Below, piece by piece: positions 49,439 to 61,084 of a DNA stretch of 64,000 nucleotides; the first letter of the stretch is position 1, and every line of letters begins with the position of its first letter. The DNA comes from Escherichia phage vB_EcoM_G9062. The notes beneath the pieces are model-generated. The model had not been told where the DNA came from and searched no databases. It saw only the letters and a list, made by a program, of their open reading frames with translations. A program made the translations under genes and the position numbers. The stretch lies in the sequence record NC_054920.1; one strand, written 5' to 3'.

Positions 49439-50064
49439 TATAGTAACTCAAAGAACTCTTTGAGGCCTCTTATTACATGAGCATGGGTTTTTCCACACTC
49501 TGGACACTTAATTGGAACAGCCAAATAAACGGTAGGTTTTAAAAGCATATCTTTTATAGCTACAATATCTGACTCTGTGATGATAGAATATAAATCTTCT
49601 AGTTCCTTTTCATTTAAGTCTTCAACTGGAATGCTTTCCCCGTTAGCATGAATCGTTTCTATGCATGATACTATCATGTGGGCTATATTTTTATCATCAA
49701 AAATTTTAGGGTATCGGAATTTAATTTTAATGTCACCCAGTGTATACCAGAGGTCTTCTGGTGCATCTATTTGTGTATGTAATAGATTTATATGGGTTGG
49801 TATTTCAGTTCCACAGGTGCACTTCCAAGAGTTTTCGTGATTAACTTCACCAAGAGAATGCGCCCATAAATGAATCAGTAATAGTTCTGATTCTTGGCGG
49901 TTTAAATCTTTTGCATTTGTACAGTCTTTGATTAGCTTTTTAACAATCTCTTCTACTGAACCATTCTTTTTAGCAGTAATAAGTTCTAGATATTCTTTAA
50001 GCGTGAATGCGCGACAATTGATTATTTTAGAACCAACTCTCACATCAAATTTGTATTCATACAT
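49438..50064 (-). CDS. 26: Baseplate hub protein gp26, 208 aa
   Basis: Length and order match T4. Confidence 0.85.
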   Translation of the reverse strand: MYEYKFDVRVGSKIINCRAFTLKEYLELITAKKNGSVEEIVKKLIKDCTNAKDLNRQESELLLIHLWAHSLGEVNHENSWKCTCGTEIPTHINLLHTQIDAPEDLWYTLGDIKIKFRYPKIFDDKNIAHMIVSCIETIHANGESIPVEDLNEKELEDLYSIITESDIVAIKDMLLKPTVYLAVPIKCPECGKTHAHVIRGLKEFFELL

Positions 50065-50090
50065 ATTTTAGCTCCTTTATTTATCATATT

Positions 50091-50098
50091 TATAAATA
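50091..50098 (+). promoter_or_regulatory. T4 late promoter TATAAATA upstream of gene 51 (divergent region with gene 26)
   Basis: Exact TATAAATA 18 bp upstream of the gene 51 ATG. Confidence 0.6.
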
Positions 50099-50115
50099 GA
50101 ATAAAAGGAGCATCT

Positions 50116-50868
50116 ATGGCAAACATTATTCGTTGTAAATTACCAGATGGTGTTCATCGTTTTAAACCATTTACGGTAGAAGATTATCGAGATTTTTTGT
50201 TAGTTCGAAACGATATAGAGCATCGGTCACCACAAGAACAAAAAGAAATAATTACTGATTTAATTGATGATTATTTTGGAGACTATCCGAAGACTTGGCA
50301 ACCATTTATATTTTTGCAGGTATTTGTAGGGTCAATAGGTAAAACTAAAGTACCAGTCACATTTGTATGTCCAAAATGTAAAAAAGAAAAGACAGTTCCA
50401 TTTGAAATATATCAAAAAGAATTAAAGGAACCTATTTTTGATGTAGCTAATGTTAAAATTAAATTAAATTTTCCTTCTGAGTTTTATGAAAATAAAGCAA
50501 AGATGATTACTGAAAATATTCATTCTGTTCAAGTAGATGAAATGTGGTATGATTGGAAGGAAATTAGTGAATCGAGTCAAATAGAACTTGTTGACGCCAT
50601 CGAGATAGAAACATTAGAAAAAATTCTCGATGCAATGAATCCTATTAATTTAACATTGCACATGTCGTGTTGTGATAAGTACATTAAAAAATACACTGAT
50701 ATAGTAGATGTGTTTAAGCTATTAGTTAATCCAGATGAGATATTTACTTTTTATCAAATTAATCACACGCTTGTAAAAAGTAATTATAGCTTAAATTCAA
50801 TAATGAAAATGATTCCTGCCGAGCGCGGATTCGTATTAAAACTGATTGAGAAGGATAAACATCAATGA
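50116..50868 (+). CDS. 51: Baseplate hub assembly catalyst gp51, 250 aa
   Basis: Length and order match T4. Confidence 0.85.
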   Translation: MANIIRCKLPDGVHRFKPFTVEDYRDFLLVRNDIEHRSPQEQKEIITDLIDDYFGDYPKTWQPFIFLQVFVGSIGKTKVPVTFVCPKCKKEKTVPFEIYQKELKEPIFDVANVKIKLNFPSEFYENKAKMITENIHSVQVDEMWYDWKEISESSQIELVDAIEIETLEKILDAMNPINLTLHMSCCDKYIKKYTDIVDVFKLLVNPDEIFTFYQINHTLVKSNYSLNSIMKMIPAERGFVLKLIEKDKHQ

Positions 50869-52037
50869 GTATGTTACAACGTCCTGGATATCCAAATCTC
50901 AGCGTTAAATTATTTGAGAGTTATGACGCTTGGAGTAATAATAGATTTGTTGAATTAGCTGCTACTATTACCACATTAACTATGCGTGACTCTCTTTATG
51001 GTCGAAATGAAGGAATGCTGCAGTTTTATGATTCTAAAAATATCCACACAAAAATGGATGGAAATGAAATAATTCAAATTTCTGTAGCTAATGCAAACGA
51101 TATTAATAATGTTAAAACACGAATTTATGGATGCAAGCATTTTTCCGTGTCAGTAGATTCAAAAGGCGATAACATCATTGCTATTGAATTGGGAACTATT
51201 CATTCTATAGAAAATCTTAAATTTGGTAGACCATTTTTCCCTGATGCAGGTGAATCTATAAAAGAAATGCTTGGTGTCATTTATCAAGACCGCACATTAT
51301 TAACTCCAGCAATAAATGCTATAAATGCTTATGTTCCTGATATTCCATGGACTAGCACATTTGAAAACTATTTGTCATATGTAAGAGAAGTTGCTCTAGC
51401 GGTAGGAAGCGATAAGTTCGTATTTGTATGGCAAGACATCATGGGAGTTAACATGATGGACTATGATATGATGATAAATCAAGAACCATATCCAATGATT
51501 GTAGGTGAGCCAACTTTAATAGGTCAATTCGTCCAAGAATTGAAATATCCATTAGCATATGATTTTGTTTGGTTGACTAAATCAAACCCGCATAAACGTG
51601 ATCCAATGAAAAATGCTACTATCTATGCTCATTCATTTTTAGATTCTTCATTACCAATGATTACTACAGGAAAGGGTGAAAACTCTATTGTAGTGTCAAG
51701 GTCAGGTGCTTATTCTGAAATGACTTATAGAAATGGATATGAAGAAGCTATTCGTCTTCAGACTATGGCGCAATATGACGGCTATGCTAAATGTTCTACT
51801 GTCGGTAATTTTAACTTGACTCCTGGCGTTAAAATTATTTTTAATGATAGTAAAAACCAATTTAAAACAGAATTTTACGTTGATGAAGTTATTCACGAAT
51901 TATCAAATAATAATTCCGTAACTCATCTATATATGTTCACTAATGCAACGAAACTGGAAACAATCGACCCAGTTAAGGTTAAAAATGAATTTAAAACTGA
52001 TACTACCACTGAAGAAAGTAGTTCTTCCGATAAGTAA
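50865..52037 (+). CDS. 27: Baseplate hub protein gp27, 390 aa
   Basis: Length and order match T4. Confidence 0.9.
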   Translation: MSMLQRPGYPNLSVKLFESYDAWSNNRFVELAATITTLTMRDSLYGRNEGMLQFYDSKNIHTKMDGNEIIQISVANANDINNVKTRIYGCKHFSVSVDSKGDNIIAIELGTIHSIENLKFGRPFFPDAGESIKEMLGVIYQDRTLLTPAINAINAYVPDIPWTSTFENYLSYVREVALAVGSDKFVFVWQDIMGVNMMDYDMMINQEPYPMIVGEPTLIGQFVQELKYPLAYDFVWLTKSNPHKRDPMKNATIYAHSFLDSSLPMITTGKGENSIVVSRSGAYSEMTYRNGYEEAIRLQTMAQYDGYAKCSTVGNFNLTPGVKIIFNDSKNQFKTEFYVDEVIHELSNNNSVTHLYMFTNATKLETIDPVKVKNEFKTDTTTEESSSSDK

Positions 52038-52518
52038 TAAAGAAGTTTCTATTCCTAAGATGGGTCTTAAACATTATAACATTTTAAAAGATGTTAAAGG
52101 TCCTGATGAAAATTTAAAGCTTCTTATTGATTCTATTTGTCCAAATTTATCACCGGCAGAAGTTGATTTCGTTTCCATTCATTTATTGGAATTTAATGGA
52201 AAGATTAAATCTCGTAAAGAAATAGATGGTTATACTTATGACATTAATGATGTTTATGTGTGCCAAAGATTAGAATTTCAATACCAAGGAAATACATTTT
52301 ATTTTAGACCTCCTGGAAAATTTGAACAATTTTTAACGGTGAGCGATATGTTATCCAAATGCTTGCTTAAGGTCAATGATGAAGTTAAAGAAATTAATTT
52401 TCTTGAGATGCCAGCATTCGTTTTAAAATGGGCAAATGATATTTTTACAACTTTAGCAATTCCTGGCCCTAATGGTCCAATAACCGGAATTGGCAATATT
52501 ATTGGATTATTTGAATGA
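51985..52518 (+). CDS. 28: Baseplate hub distal subunit gp28 (177 aa from the internal ATG; ORF extends to 51943)
   Basis: Length and order match T4; overlaps the gene 27 3-prime end. Confidence 0.8.
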   Translation: MNLKLILPLKKVVLPISNKEVSIPKMGLKHYNILKDVKGPDENLKLLIDSICPNLSPAEVDFVSIHLLEFNGKIKSRKEIDGYTYDINDVYVCQRLEFQYQGNTFYFRPPGKFEQFLTVSDMLSKCLLKVNDEVKEINFLEMPAFVLKWANDIFTTLAIPGPNGPITGIGNIIGLFE

Positions 52519-54287
52519 AAAAGCCACAAGAAATGCAAACGATGCGTAGAAAAGTTATTTCAGATAATAAACCAACACAGGAAGCGGCTAAATCCGCTTC
52601 TAACACTTTATCTGGACTTAACGATATATCTACGAAATTGGATGATGCTCAAGCTGCTTCTGAATTAATTGCTCAAACTGTTGAAGAAAAATCGAATGAA
52701 ATAATTGGAGCAATTGACAATGTAGAAAGCGCAGTGAGTGATACTACTGCTGGTTCTGAGTTAATTGCTGAAACTGTCGAAATTGGCAATAATATTAATA
52801 AAGAAATCGGTGAATCGCTCGGAAGTAAATTAGATAAATTAACGAGTTTACTCGAGCAAAAAATCCAGACAGCCGGAATTCAACAAACAGGAACTAGTTT
52901 AGCTACGGTTGAAAGCGCTATTCCTGTTAAAGTTGTTGAGGACGATACAGCTGAATCCGTGGGTCCTTTATTACCAGCTCCTGAAGCAGTTAATAATGAT
53001 CCTGATGCTGATTTTTTCCCTACCCCTCAGCCAGTTGAACCTAAACAAGAATCGCCAGAAGAAAAACAGAAAAAAGAAGCATTTAACTTAAAATTATCTC
53101 AAGCTTTAGATAAATTAACAAAGACTGTTGATTTTGGATTTAAGAAATCTATTTCAATTAGTGATAAAATATCAAGCATGTTATTTAAGTATACCGTTAG
53201 TGCTGCTATTGAAGCTGCTAAAATGACTGCAATGATATTGGCTGTTGTTGTTGGAATAGATCTGTTGATGGTTCACTTCAAATATTGGTCAGATAAATTT
53301 TCGCAGGCATGGGATTTGTTTAGTACAAACTTTACCAAATTCTCTAGCGAAACCGGAACGTGGGGTCCTTTATTACAGAGCATCTTTGATTCTATTGATA
53401 AAATTAAACAACTTTGGGAAGCGGGAGATTGGGGTGGATTGACAGCAGCTATTGTTGAAGGACTCGGAAGTGTTCTTTTTAATTTAGGTGAACTTATTCA
53501 ATTAGGTATGGCTAAATTATCTGCTGCAATTCTTCGAGTCATTCCTGGTATGAAGGATACTGCTGATGAAGTAGAAGGAAGAGCATTAGAAAATTTCCAA
53601 AATTCTACTGGAGCATCTCTCAATAAAGAAGACCAGGAAAAAGTTGCAAATTATCAAGATAAACGAATGAATGGAGACCTTGGTCCGATAGCAAAAGGAT
53701 TAGATAAAATTGCTAATTGGAAAACTCGTGCATCTAATTGGATTCGTGGAGTTGATAATAAAGAAGCACTAACTACTGACGAAGAGCGTGCGGCAGAAGA
53801 AGAAAAATTAAAGCAACTTTCACCTGAAGAAAGAAAAAATGCTTTAATGAAGGCTAATGAAGCCCGTGCCGCAATGATTCGCTTTGAAAAATATGCTGAT
53901 TCAGCTGATATGAGTAAAGACTCAACGGTTAAATCAGTTGAAGCTGCCTATGAAGACCTTAAAAAACGGATGGATGACCCGGATTTAAATAATTCACCGG
54001 CAGTTAAAAAAGAACTTGCTGCTAGATTTTCTAAAATTGATGCTACTTATCAAGAGCTCAAGAAAAATCAGCCTAATGCCAAACCTGAAACTTCTGCTAA
54101 ATCACCAGAAGCGAAACAAGTCCAGGTGATTGAAAAGAACAAAGCACAGCAAGCTCCTGTTCAACAAGCATCTCCTTCAATCAATAATACTAATAATGTT
54201 ATTAAGAAAAATACTGTCGTTCATAATATGACACCCGTAACGAGCACGACTGCTCCTGGTGTATTTGATGCGACTGGAGTTAATTAA
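52515..54287 (+). CDS. 29: Tail tape measure / baseplate hub protein gp29, 590 aa
   Basis: Length and order match T4. Confidence 0.9.
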   Translation: MKKPQEMQTMRRKVISDNKPTQEAAKSASNTLSGLNDISTKLDDAQAASELIAQTVEEKSNEIIGAIDNVESAVSDTTAGSELIAETVEIGNNINKEIGESLGSKLDKLTSLLEQKIQTAGIQQTGTSLATVESAIPVKVVEDDTAESVGPLLPAPEAVNNDPDADFFPTPQPVEPKQESPEEKQKKEAFNLKLSQALDKLTKTVDFGFKKSISISDKISSMLFKYTVSAAIEAAKMTAMILAVVVGIDLLMVHFKYWSDKFSQAWDLFSTNFTKFSSETGTWGPLLQSIFDSIDKIKQLWEAGDWGGLTAAIVEGLGSVLFNLGELIQLGMAKLSAAILRVIPGMKDTADEVEGRALENFQNSTGASLNKEDQEKVANYQDKRMNGDLGPIAKGLDKIANWKTRASNWIRGVDNKEALTTDEERAAEEEKLKQLSPEERKNALMKANEARAAMIRFEKYADSADMSKDSTVKSVEAAYEDLKKRMDDPDLNNSPAVKKELAARFSKIDATYQELKKNQPNAKPETSAKSPEAKQVQVIEKNKAQQAPVQQASPSINNTNNVIKKNTVVHNMTPVTSTTAPGVFDATGVN

Positions 54288-54295
54288 GGAATAAT

Positions 54296-55390
54296 ATGGC
54301 AATTGTTAAAGAAATAACTGCTGATTTAATTAAAAAGTCTGGTGAGAAAATTTCAGCCGGACAGAGTACTAAATCAGAAGTAGGAACTAAAACATACACT
54401 GCCCAGTTTCCAACTGGGCGTGCTAGTGGTAATGACACTACAGGGGACTTCCAGGTAACAGATCTATATAAGAATGGATTATTATTTACTGCATACAATA
54501 TGTCATCTAGGGATTCTGGAAGTCTTAGATCGATGAGATCTAACTACTCTTCTTCATCTTCGAGTATTTTACGTACAGCTAGAAACACTATTAGTAGTAC
54601 AGTATCAAAACTATCAAATGGATTAATATCAAACAATAATTCAGGAACAATAAGTAAAGCTCCTGTCGCAAACATTCTTTTACCGAGATCTAAATCTGAC
54701 GTTGATACATCATCACATAGATTTAATGATGTTCAAGAAAGTCTTATCAGCAGAGGCGGAGGTACTGCTACTGGTGTGTTAAGTAATATTGCTTCAACTG
54801 CAGTATTTGGGGCACTGGAAAGTATAACACAAGGTATAATGGCTGATAATAATGAACAGATTTATACGACAGCCAGAAGTATGTATGGTGGTGCTGAGAA
54901 TAGAACTAAAGTGTTTACATGGGATTTGACTCCACGTTCAACAGAAGATTTGATGGCTATTATCAATATCTATCAATATTTTAACTATTTTTCTTATGGT
55001 GAAACAGGCAAATCTCAATATGCTGCTGAAATAAAGGGGTATTTGGATGATTGGTATCGTTCTACGTTAATTGAACCTTTATCTCCGGAAGACGCAGCTA
55101 AAAATAAAACACTATTTGAGAAAATGACATCGAGCTTAACTAACGTTCTAGTAGTTTCAAACCCGACAATTTGGATGGTGAAAAACTTTGGTGCAACATC
55201 TAAGTTTGATGGAAAAACGGAAATATTTGGTCCATGCCAAATACAGAGCATCAGATTTGATAAAACACCTAATGGTAACTTTAACGGATTAGCTATTGCT
55301 CCAAACCTCCCTAGTACATTTACTCTTGAGATTACTATGAGAGAAATTATCACGTTAAACCGTGCTTCTTTATATGCGGGGACTTTTTAA
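54296..55390 (+). CDS. 48: Baseplate tail-tube cap gp48, 364 aa
   Basis: Length and order match T4. Confidence 0.9.
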   Translation: MAIVKEITADLIKKSGEKISAGQSTKSEVGTKTYTAQFPTGRASGNDTTGDFQVTDLYKNGLLFTAYNMSSRDSGSLRSMRSNYSSSSSSILRTARNTISSTVSKLSNGLISNNNSGTISKAPVANILLPRSKSDVDTSSHRFNDVQESLISRGGGTATGVLSNIASTAVFGALESITQGIMADNNEQIYTTARSMYGGAENRTKVFTWDLTPRSTEDLMAIINIYQYFNYFSYGETGKSQYAAEIKGYLDDWYRSTLIEPLSPEDAAKNKTLFEKMTSSLTNVLVVSNPTIWMVKNFGATSKFDGKTEIFGPCQIQSIRFDKTPNGNFNGLAIAPNLPSTFTLEITMREIITLNRASLYAGTF

Positions 55391-56355
55391 TGTATTCTTT
55401 AGAGGAATTTAATAATCAAGCAATAAACGCAGATTTCCAACGTAATAATATGTTTAGCTGCGTTTTTGCGACAACTCCATCAACTAAAAGCTCTTCGTTG
55501 ATAAGTTCAATTAGCAACTTTTCTTATAATAACTTGGGTCTAAATTCAGACTGGTTAGGATTATCTCAAGGCGATATTAATCAGGGAATTACCACGCTAA
55601 TTACTGCTGGCACACAAAAACTGATAAGAAAATCAGGGGTTAGTAAATATCTTATTGGTGCCATGAGTCAACGTACAGTTCAAAGTTTATTGGGCTCATT
55701 TACAGTTGGTACATATTTAATTGACTTCTTTAATATGGCATATAATTCATCTGGATTGATGATATACTCTGTAAAAATGCCAGAGAATAGATTATCCTAT
55801 GAAACTGACTGGAATTATAACTCTCCTAATATTCGTATAACTGGGAGAGAATTGGACCCTTTGGTTATTTCATTTAGAATGGATTCAGAAGCTTGTAACT
55901 ATCGTGCGATGCAAGACTGGGTTAACGCTGTTCAAGACCCAGTAACTGGACTGCGTGCTTTGCCACAGGATGTCGAGGCAGATATTCAGGTTAATCTTCA
56001 TGCTCGTAATGGATTACCTCATACTGCGGTGATGTTCACCGGATGCATTCCAGTGTCAGTGAGCGCTCCTGAGTTATCATATGATGGAGATAACCAAATA
56101 ACTACATTTGATGTTACTTTTGCGTATAGAGTCATGCAGGCTGGGTCGGTTGATAGACAAGCTGCGCTTGAGTGGCTTGAATCTGCTGCTATAAATGGCA
56201 TTCAAAGTGTTCTCGGAAATAGTGGAGGTGTTACTGGATTATCTAATTCGCTTTCACGACTTAGTAGATTAGGGGGAACTGCAGGAAGCATTTCAAATAT
56301 TAATACTATGACAGGAATTGTCAATTCGCAAAGTAAAATATTAGGAGCAATATAA
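55390..56355 (+). CDS. 54: Baseplate tail-tube initiator gp54, 321 aa
   Basis: Length and order match T4. Confidence 0.9.
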   Translation: MYSLEEFNNQAINADFQRNNMFSCVFATTPSTKSSSLISSISNFSYNNLGLNSDWLGLSQGDINQGITTLITAGTQKLIRKSGVSKYLIGAMSQRTVQSLLGSFTVGTYLIDFFNMAYNSSGLMIYSVKMPENRLSYETDWNYNSPNIRITGRELDPLVISFRMDSEACNYRAMQDWVNAVQDPVTGLRALPQDVEADIQVNLHARNGLPHTAVMFTGCIPVSVSAPELSYDGDNQITTFDVTFAYRVMQAGSVDRQAALEWLESAAINGIQSVLGNSGGVTGLSNSLSRLSRLGGTAGSISNINTMTGIVNSQSKILGAI

Positions 56356-56359
56356 CAAT

Positions 56360-56377
56360 GGGGACCGAAAGGTCCCC
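56360..56377. terminator. Bidirectional terminator hairpin between gene 54 (plus) and the alt region (minus)
   Basis: GGGGACCGAAAGGTCCCC followed by ATATTTTATTT. Confidence 0.65.
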
Positions 56378-56382
56378 ATATT

Positions 56383-56673
56383 TTATTTACGGAATGAAAT
56401 AAAAGCAGCAACTGAAGCAACAGAGGTTTCTTCAATATAAACCTCAATTTTTACCGGAGCTTCTGACTCAAATTTACCTGTTACTACACCTTGGAAAATA
56501 CTTTCAGTCTGTTCTGGCTTTGAAAAATTTTCAGAAGGAAAAATTCCGAACTTTTTATCTGTTCCAAAAATTTTGATAAATTCATCATAAACTGCTTCAT
56601 TAAAAGCGTTATTCCTGCTGATAACGCCTTCAACTACAAGTTCTTGACCTAAAAAGCGTAAAGAAGATTTCAT
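56383..56673 (-). CDS. Hypothetical protein, 96 aa
   Basis: ORF downstream of the alt-like genes. Confidence 0.5.
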   Translation of the reverse strand: MKSSLRFLGQELVVEGVISRNNAFNEAVYDEFIKIFGTDKKFGIFPSENFSKPEQTESIFQGVVTGKFESEAPVKIEVYIEETSVASVAAFISFRK

Positions 56674-56733
56674 TTTGTGTTCCTCATGTTATGTCAGTAA
56701 GACTACTATAACACAACACGAGGGACTTGTAAA

Positions 56734-58791
56734 CTACATTTTGAACTTTTTAGACATTCCGTTGATGTTAACCAAAGAAGCTAAGATTTGAGAAACTTCG
56801 CTTTCCTCTTCTTTTGATTCTTCTACAAGGAATTGATTAAATCCAGCCATTGGACGAACTTCACCAGTTTCCATTAGATGGTCGCCATCATATACTGATT
56901 CTTCTAATTGTTCAGAAGGAGGAACGATTGTACCTTCGATTAGATACTTGTTATAAGCAGTTTCTTTCATAAAGTAAGTACTTACTTTATTAATCTTCAG
57001 TAAAATTCCACGTGGTAGAATAACTTCAGCTTCTGACGGAAATCCTGATAAATGACCCGGAACGATAACTTTGATTCGCTCAGCTCCTTTAATTACCATA
57101 CCCACGCTAGTTTCAGCATCTTCATTAGCATATGTAGAATGACTACCCATATGCATCAAATCTTCTGCATCAACGGAACCTTCTCCTTCACCAGAAAATA
57201 CTGCGCCGGAATCATCTAGAGCCATATAGTTTTTACCATGCTCACCGAAGATATTTGGTTTAAGCGATGTGGATACGAAGTTCTTGAAATAGAACATTTT
57301 ATTTTCAATGTTATGACGCAAAGTTTTAAAGGTAACTTCTTGTCCACGGTAAAGTGTAGTTCCTGGAGGAAGAACTGAACCTTTAGCGAATGCAGAATCA
57401 AGCGTCTCAATATGTTTAATAGCTCGTTCCATATATTCTTCACGGGTAGAATCTGGTTTACCCAAAAGGAACGAGTTCATTTCAACATATGAATCTGCAC
57501 AATAATCTTCAATTACATCAGATTCAGCTTGAGTTAATCCTTTTGGAGTTACTTCAGTGCTTGCGTATTCATATGCCTGAGCAGCAGATTCATTAATCAA
57601 TTTATAAATGCCATTCATGACAAATTGAATAATAGCTGTCTTTTCATCTGGCGTAGCTTTAGAACCTTTAACCAAATCATTGATAATTTTCTTAATAACA
57701 TCAAAGCTATTAGAAATATTAATATCAGCAAGATCGCTTAAAATTTTATCAGTCTTATAATCAAAGAATTCTTTATTCTTTAAATATTCTTGAGAACCTT
57801 GATATGTTATATCGCTCTGTAACTTGATAGATGGATCACGTAAACGTGCATGGGCTAATGCAATATGATTTCGGAAGCTTTCGAGTTCATAATCACTAGA
57901 TTTAAAACGAGAAGCGCTTCTCATACCGCCTATAGCTCCTTTGCTGAAGTTTGAACCAATTTGAATAACGCCAGAGTTCATTGGTCCTTCTGCTTTATAC
58001 ACCGGAACTTTAGATTCAAACTCTTGATATTTCTTAGCAGCGAAGCTATCACCCTGAAGTGAAGCATCAACAGTAGAATATTGAGCTTGTGCTGCTAATC
58101 GACGACTAATTTTAGTTTTTTGAATAACAGCTTGATCCGTGCGCTTATCATTTTCTAAAGCAATAGAAGCAGCAACAGCGACAGCTTTAGGAACAGCATT
58201 ACCTGTTTTAACATCTACATAAACATCACCGACCTTCGATTCAACTTTTGTGAATAACTCAGTTGAAATAGGAGGTACACCTGGAATGTCTTCTAAATTG
58301 GCATTTTTACGGTAAACCATAATATATGCATACTTTTTATCATAGTCCCAGATTTCCTTTAAAAGAACATATCGACCTGCTCCTTTAGTACGTACTAAAC
58401 GGTCAGCAATAACTTGCATTTGACGAGCAGCGCCATTTGTTTTACTCTTTAGTACGCGGAATAAGCATGCATCAATTTTATACTGTTTCATTGTTTGAAG
58501 AGCAGTATCAAAAACAGCGTTAATGACGCCAATTGGATTTCCACCCAAGTTTCTAAGTTTAACCAGTGATAATTTCTCGTTGACACCTATCATTACGATA
58601 TGCATCATTTTATCGCCCGGCTTAACGTTTTTATTTGTATCACCTCCAGAGGTGTATGTACAAAATCTAAATCCAGGAAGCACGCTTTCTTCGCCGGCTT
58701 GAATAGCAAAAATTTGAGGTATTTTATGCTTAGGATTTAAGTTAACAACCGGCGCCGAAGCGCCGTCAAATAATTCTGTAATAAGTTCCAT
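56734..58791 (-). CDS. Alt-like mono-ADP-ribosyltransferase paralog, 685 aa
   Basis: N-terminal 230 aa about 65 percent identical to the adjacent alt; C-terminal R-S-E catalytic triad (TLYRGQ, FVSTSL, EAEVILPRG); divergent middle region. Confidence 0.8.
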   Translation of the reverse strand: MELITELFDGASAPVVNLNPKHKIPQIFAIQAGEESVLPGFRFCTYTSGGDTNKNVKPGDKMMHIVMIGVNEKLSLVKLRNLGGNPIGVINAVFDTALQTMKQYKIDACLFRVLKSKTNGAARQMQVIADRLVRTKGAGRYVLLKEIWDYDKKYAYIMVYRKNANLEDIPGVPPISTELFTKVESKVGDVYVDVKTGNAVPKAVAVAASIALENDKRTDQAVIQKTKISRRLAAQAQYSTVDASLQGDSFAAKKYQEFESKVPVYKAEGPMNSGVIQIGSNFSKGAIGGMRSASRFKSSDYELESFRNHIALAHARLRDPSIKLQSDITYQGSQEYLKNKEFFDYKTDKILSDLADINISNSFDVIKKIINDLVKGSKATPDEKTAIIQFVMNGIYKLINESAAQAYEYASTEVTPKGLTQAESDVIEDYCADSYVEMNSFLLGKPDSTREEYMERAIKHIETLDSAFAKGSVLPPGTTLYRGQEVTFKTLRHNIENKMFYFKNFVSTSLKPNIFGEHGKNYMALDDSGAVFSGEGEGSVDAEDLMHMGSHSTYANEDAETSVGMVIKGAERIKVIVPGHLSGFPSEAEVILPRGILLKINKVSTYFMKETAYNKYLIEGTIVPPSEQLEESVYDGDHLMETGEVRPMAGFNQFLVEESKEEESEVSQILASLVNINGMSKKFKM

Positions 58792-58794
58792 GAT

Positions 58795-60846
58795 TTATCC
58801 TTGAACGAACTTGTAAGGCATGTTTGCAATATCTATGCAAGACGCAATAATTCCAAGAGATGATTCTACTTTCTGTTTAACATTTGATGAAACAAATGAT
58901 GCAAAGTCAACTCTATCTTCTATATCACCTGTCATTGTAACCAATTCACCAGTTTCCATTAAATGGTCTCCGTCATAGATTACCGATTCGGTGAGTTCTT
59001 CTGTGGTCATAACTTCAGCTTGAATAAGCTTGTTGTTAGTTTTAACTGTTCCATCATTGTAAGATGCATCGGTTATTTTATTAACTTTGACCATTAATCC
59101 ACGTGGCAAAATGACTTCCATTTCATTTGAAGGTGCTAAACTTCCACCGGGTAAAACAACATTGACCTTATCAGCCCCAGTAATAACCCATCCAATTCCA
59201 ACTAAATTATCGCTAGAATTTACTAGTCCTTCATCAGTTTTATCAATAGAAACACTTAGACGCTTTTCGTCTGGTAAAACACCTACAGATGAATCAGTCA
59301 TCCAAGTACCAAAAATATTTGGATATAATGATGTTGACACAAAGTTTCTAAAATAAAAAACTCGATTTTTTACCATTGCTTCATATATTGAAGGTAACAT
59401 TCGTTGTGAACGATACAAAGTAATACCTTTTGGTAATCGTTCACCATTTTTAAAGGCTGAATCTAAATTATCAATAGCTTTTTCTATGTCAGATGCTGTC
59501 AAAATACTTGTACGCTCATCTGGATTATATAATCCCAAAAGAGCATTATTTATATCTACATATCCTGAACCTACGTATTCACGAATTCCGCGTTTTTGCG
59601 CCGGTGTGTATTTAGATGAATCTTTATTTTCGACTATAGGATGTAATGACCATCCAGCTGTAAGAGCATATCCACGTAATTCTCTTCGAATAATCTTTGT
59701 TTTTATTGCATTCCAAGAATTTTGTACTAACTCATTTGCAGCATCTTGGTTTAAATGCGAATGTTTGTTAATATTTCTTTCAAACCAAGCACCTTTATAT
59801 TTTTCTAAAGTATCATCGACGATAGAAGCAATAGTTTCTAAAGTTTTTATTGAAGTAATAGATTCTTTTCGTAATCTTTCTAAAGCTTTATTTTTTATTT
59901 CTGTATTAACATCAGATTCTTTATCTTCAGGAATTATAGAAGCTTCTCTGAATGCCATTCCAGCTGTAACACTATTAAGAGCATTCTCTAATGCAAATCC
60001 TGAAGTAGAAATAACAGTTAATTCGTTAGCATCGGAAATTAAAGGCGCATCAGCGGGTTTATTTAATTCTGCTGCTGAAGCCTCAAATTTTTGAAACATC
60101 GGTGTTTCAAATCTAGAAGATTCCAATGATTGACTTTGCGCAATTGCTCTACGGGAAATTTTAACTTTAACGATTACAGCTTGGTCAGAACGTTTATCAT
60201 TTTCTTGTGCAATAGATGCTGCAATTGCCTCATTTTTAGTTACTTGAGCTCCAGTATCTTTATTGATATAAACATCACCGACCTTCGATTCAACTTTAGT
60301 AAAGAGCTCGGTACTAATTTCTGGAACTCCTGGAATGTCTTCTAGTGATACATTTTTGCGATGTATAAGAATATATGCATACTTTTTATCATAATCCCAG
60401 AGTTCCTTAAGAAGGACGTATCTGCCGCCTGAACGACTACGGATAAGTCTATCAGCAATAACTTGAATTTGTCGAGCTTGACCAGCGGTTTTAGACTTAA
60501 GAATACGGAGCATACAAGCATCAATTTTATATTGACGCATTGTTTGCATTGCAACAGTAAAAACTGAATTGATATAATTAATTGGGCTTGGCCCAAGACC
60601 TTTCAATTTAGCAATTGAACCTTTAGCGGTTAATGTAAAAGGAACAATATGCATCATTTTATCGCCCATTTTTAAATCGCGATTAGTATCACCTCCAGAT
60701 GTATAGGTACATAAACGAAAGCCTGGCTGTTCAATTGCATCATCAACGTGAACTGAAAAAATTTGCGGTATTTTCTTCTTTGGATTTAAGTTTGTAATCG
60801 GAAGAGTAGTATCTTCGTCAAATAATTCTGTAATGAGTTCCATCAT
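58795..60846 (-). CDS. alt: Alt ADP-ribosyltransferase (encapsidated, modifies host RNA polymerase alpha), 683 aa
   Basis: MELITELFDEDTTLPITNLNPKKKIPQIF...; C-terminal catalytic motifs TLYRSQ, FVSTSL, EMEVILPRG; length about that of T4 Alt. Confidence 0.85.
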   Translation of the reverse strand: MMELITELFDEDTTLPITNLNPKKKIPQIFSVHVDDAIEQPGFRLCTYTSGGDTNRDLKMGDKMMHIVPFTLTAKGSIAKLKGLGPSPINYINSVFTVAMQTMRQYKIDACMLRILKSKTAGQARQIQVIADRLIRSRSGGRYVLLKELWDYDKKYAYILIHRKNVSLEDIPGVPEISTELFTKVESKVGDVYINKDTGAQVTKNEAIAASIAQENDKRSDQAVIVKVKISRRAIAQSQSLESSRFETPMFQKFEASAAELNKPADAPLISDANELTVISTSGFALENALNSVTAGMAFREASIIPEDKESDVNTEIKNKALERLRKESITSIKTLETIASIVDDTLEKYKGAWFERNINKHSHLNQDAANELVQNSWNAIKTKIIRRELRGYALTAGWSLHPIVENKDSSKYTPAQKRGIREYVGSGYVDINNALLGLYNPDERTSILTASDIEKAIDNLDSAFKNGERLPKGITLYRSQRMLPSIYEAMVKNRVFYFRNFVSTSLYPNIFGTWMTDSSVGVLPDEKRLSVSIDKTDEGLVNSSDNLVGIGWVITGADKVNVVLPGGSLAPSNEMEVILPRGLMVKVNKITDASYNDGTVKTNNKLIQAEVMTTEELTESVIYDGDHLMETGELVTMTGDIEDRVDFASFVSSNVKQKVESSLGIIASCIDIANMPYKFVQG

Positions 60847-60895
60847 ATCCTCTCTAGTGTTTATTCTATTTATAAAATTAAAGGCCCGAAGGCCT

Positions 60896-61084
60896 TTAAT
60901 AATCTATTGGTAAGAGAGTACGGTATATTTCAAACTTTGGACCTTTTTCATAGGCATCAAATGTTTCTGTGAATTTATTATAAGCATATGCATCTACAAA
61001 TTCGAGAATGACTTGTGATACAGAAGTAGAAACATCTCCACCTTCTTTTTGAGCAATGACAATTGTTTCTAAGTAAGCTTTCAT
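60896..61084 (-). CDS. Hypothetical protein, 62 aa
   Basis: ORF between alt and gene 30. Confidence 0.45.
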   Translation of the reverse strand: MKAYLETIVIAQKEGGDVSTSVSQVILEFVDAYAYNKFTETFDAYEKGPKFEIYRTLLPIDY

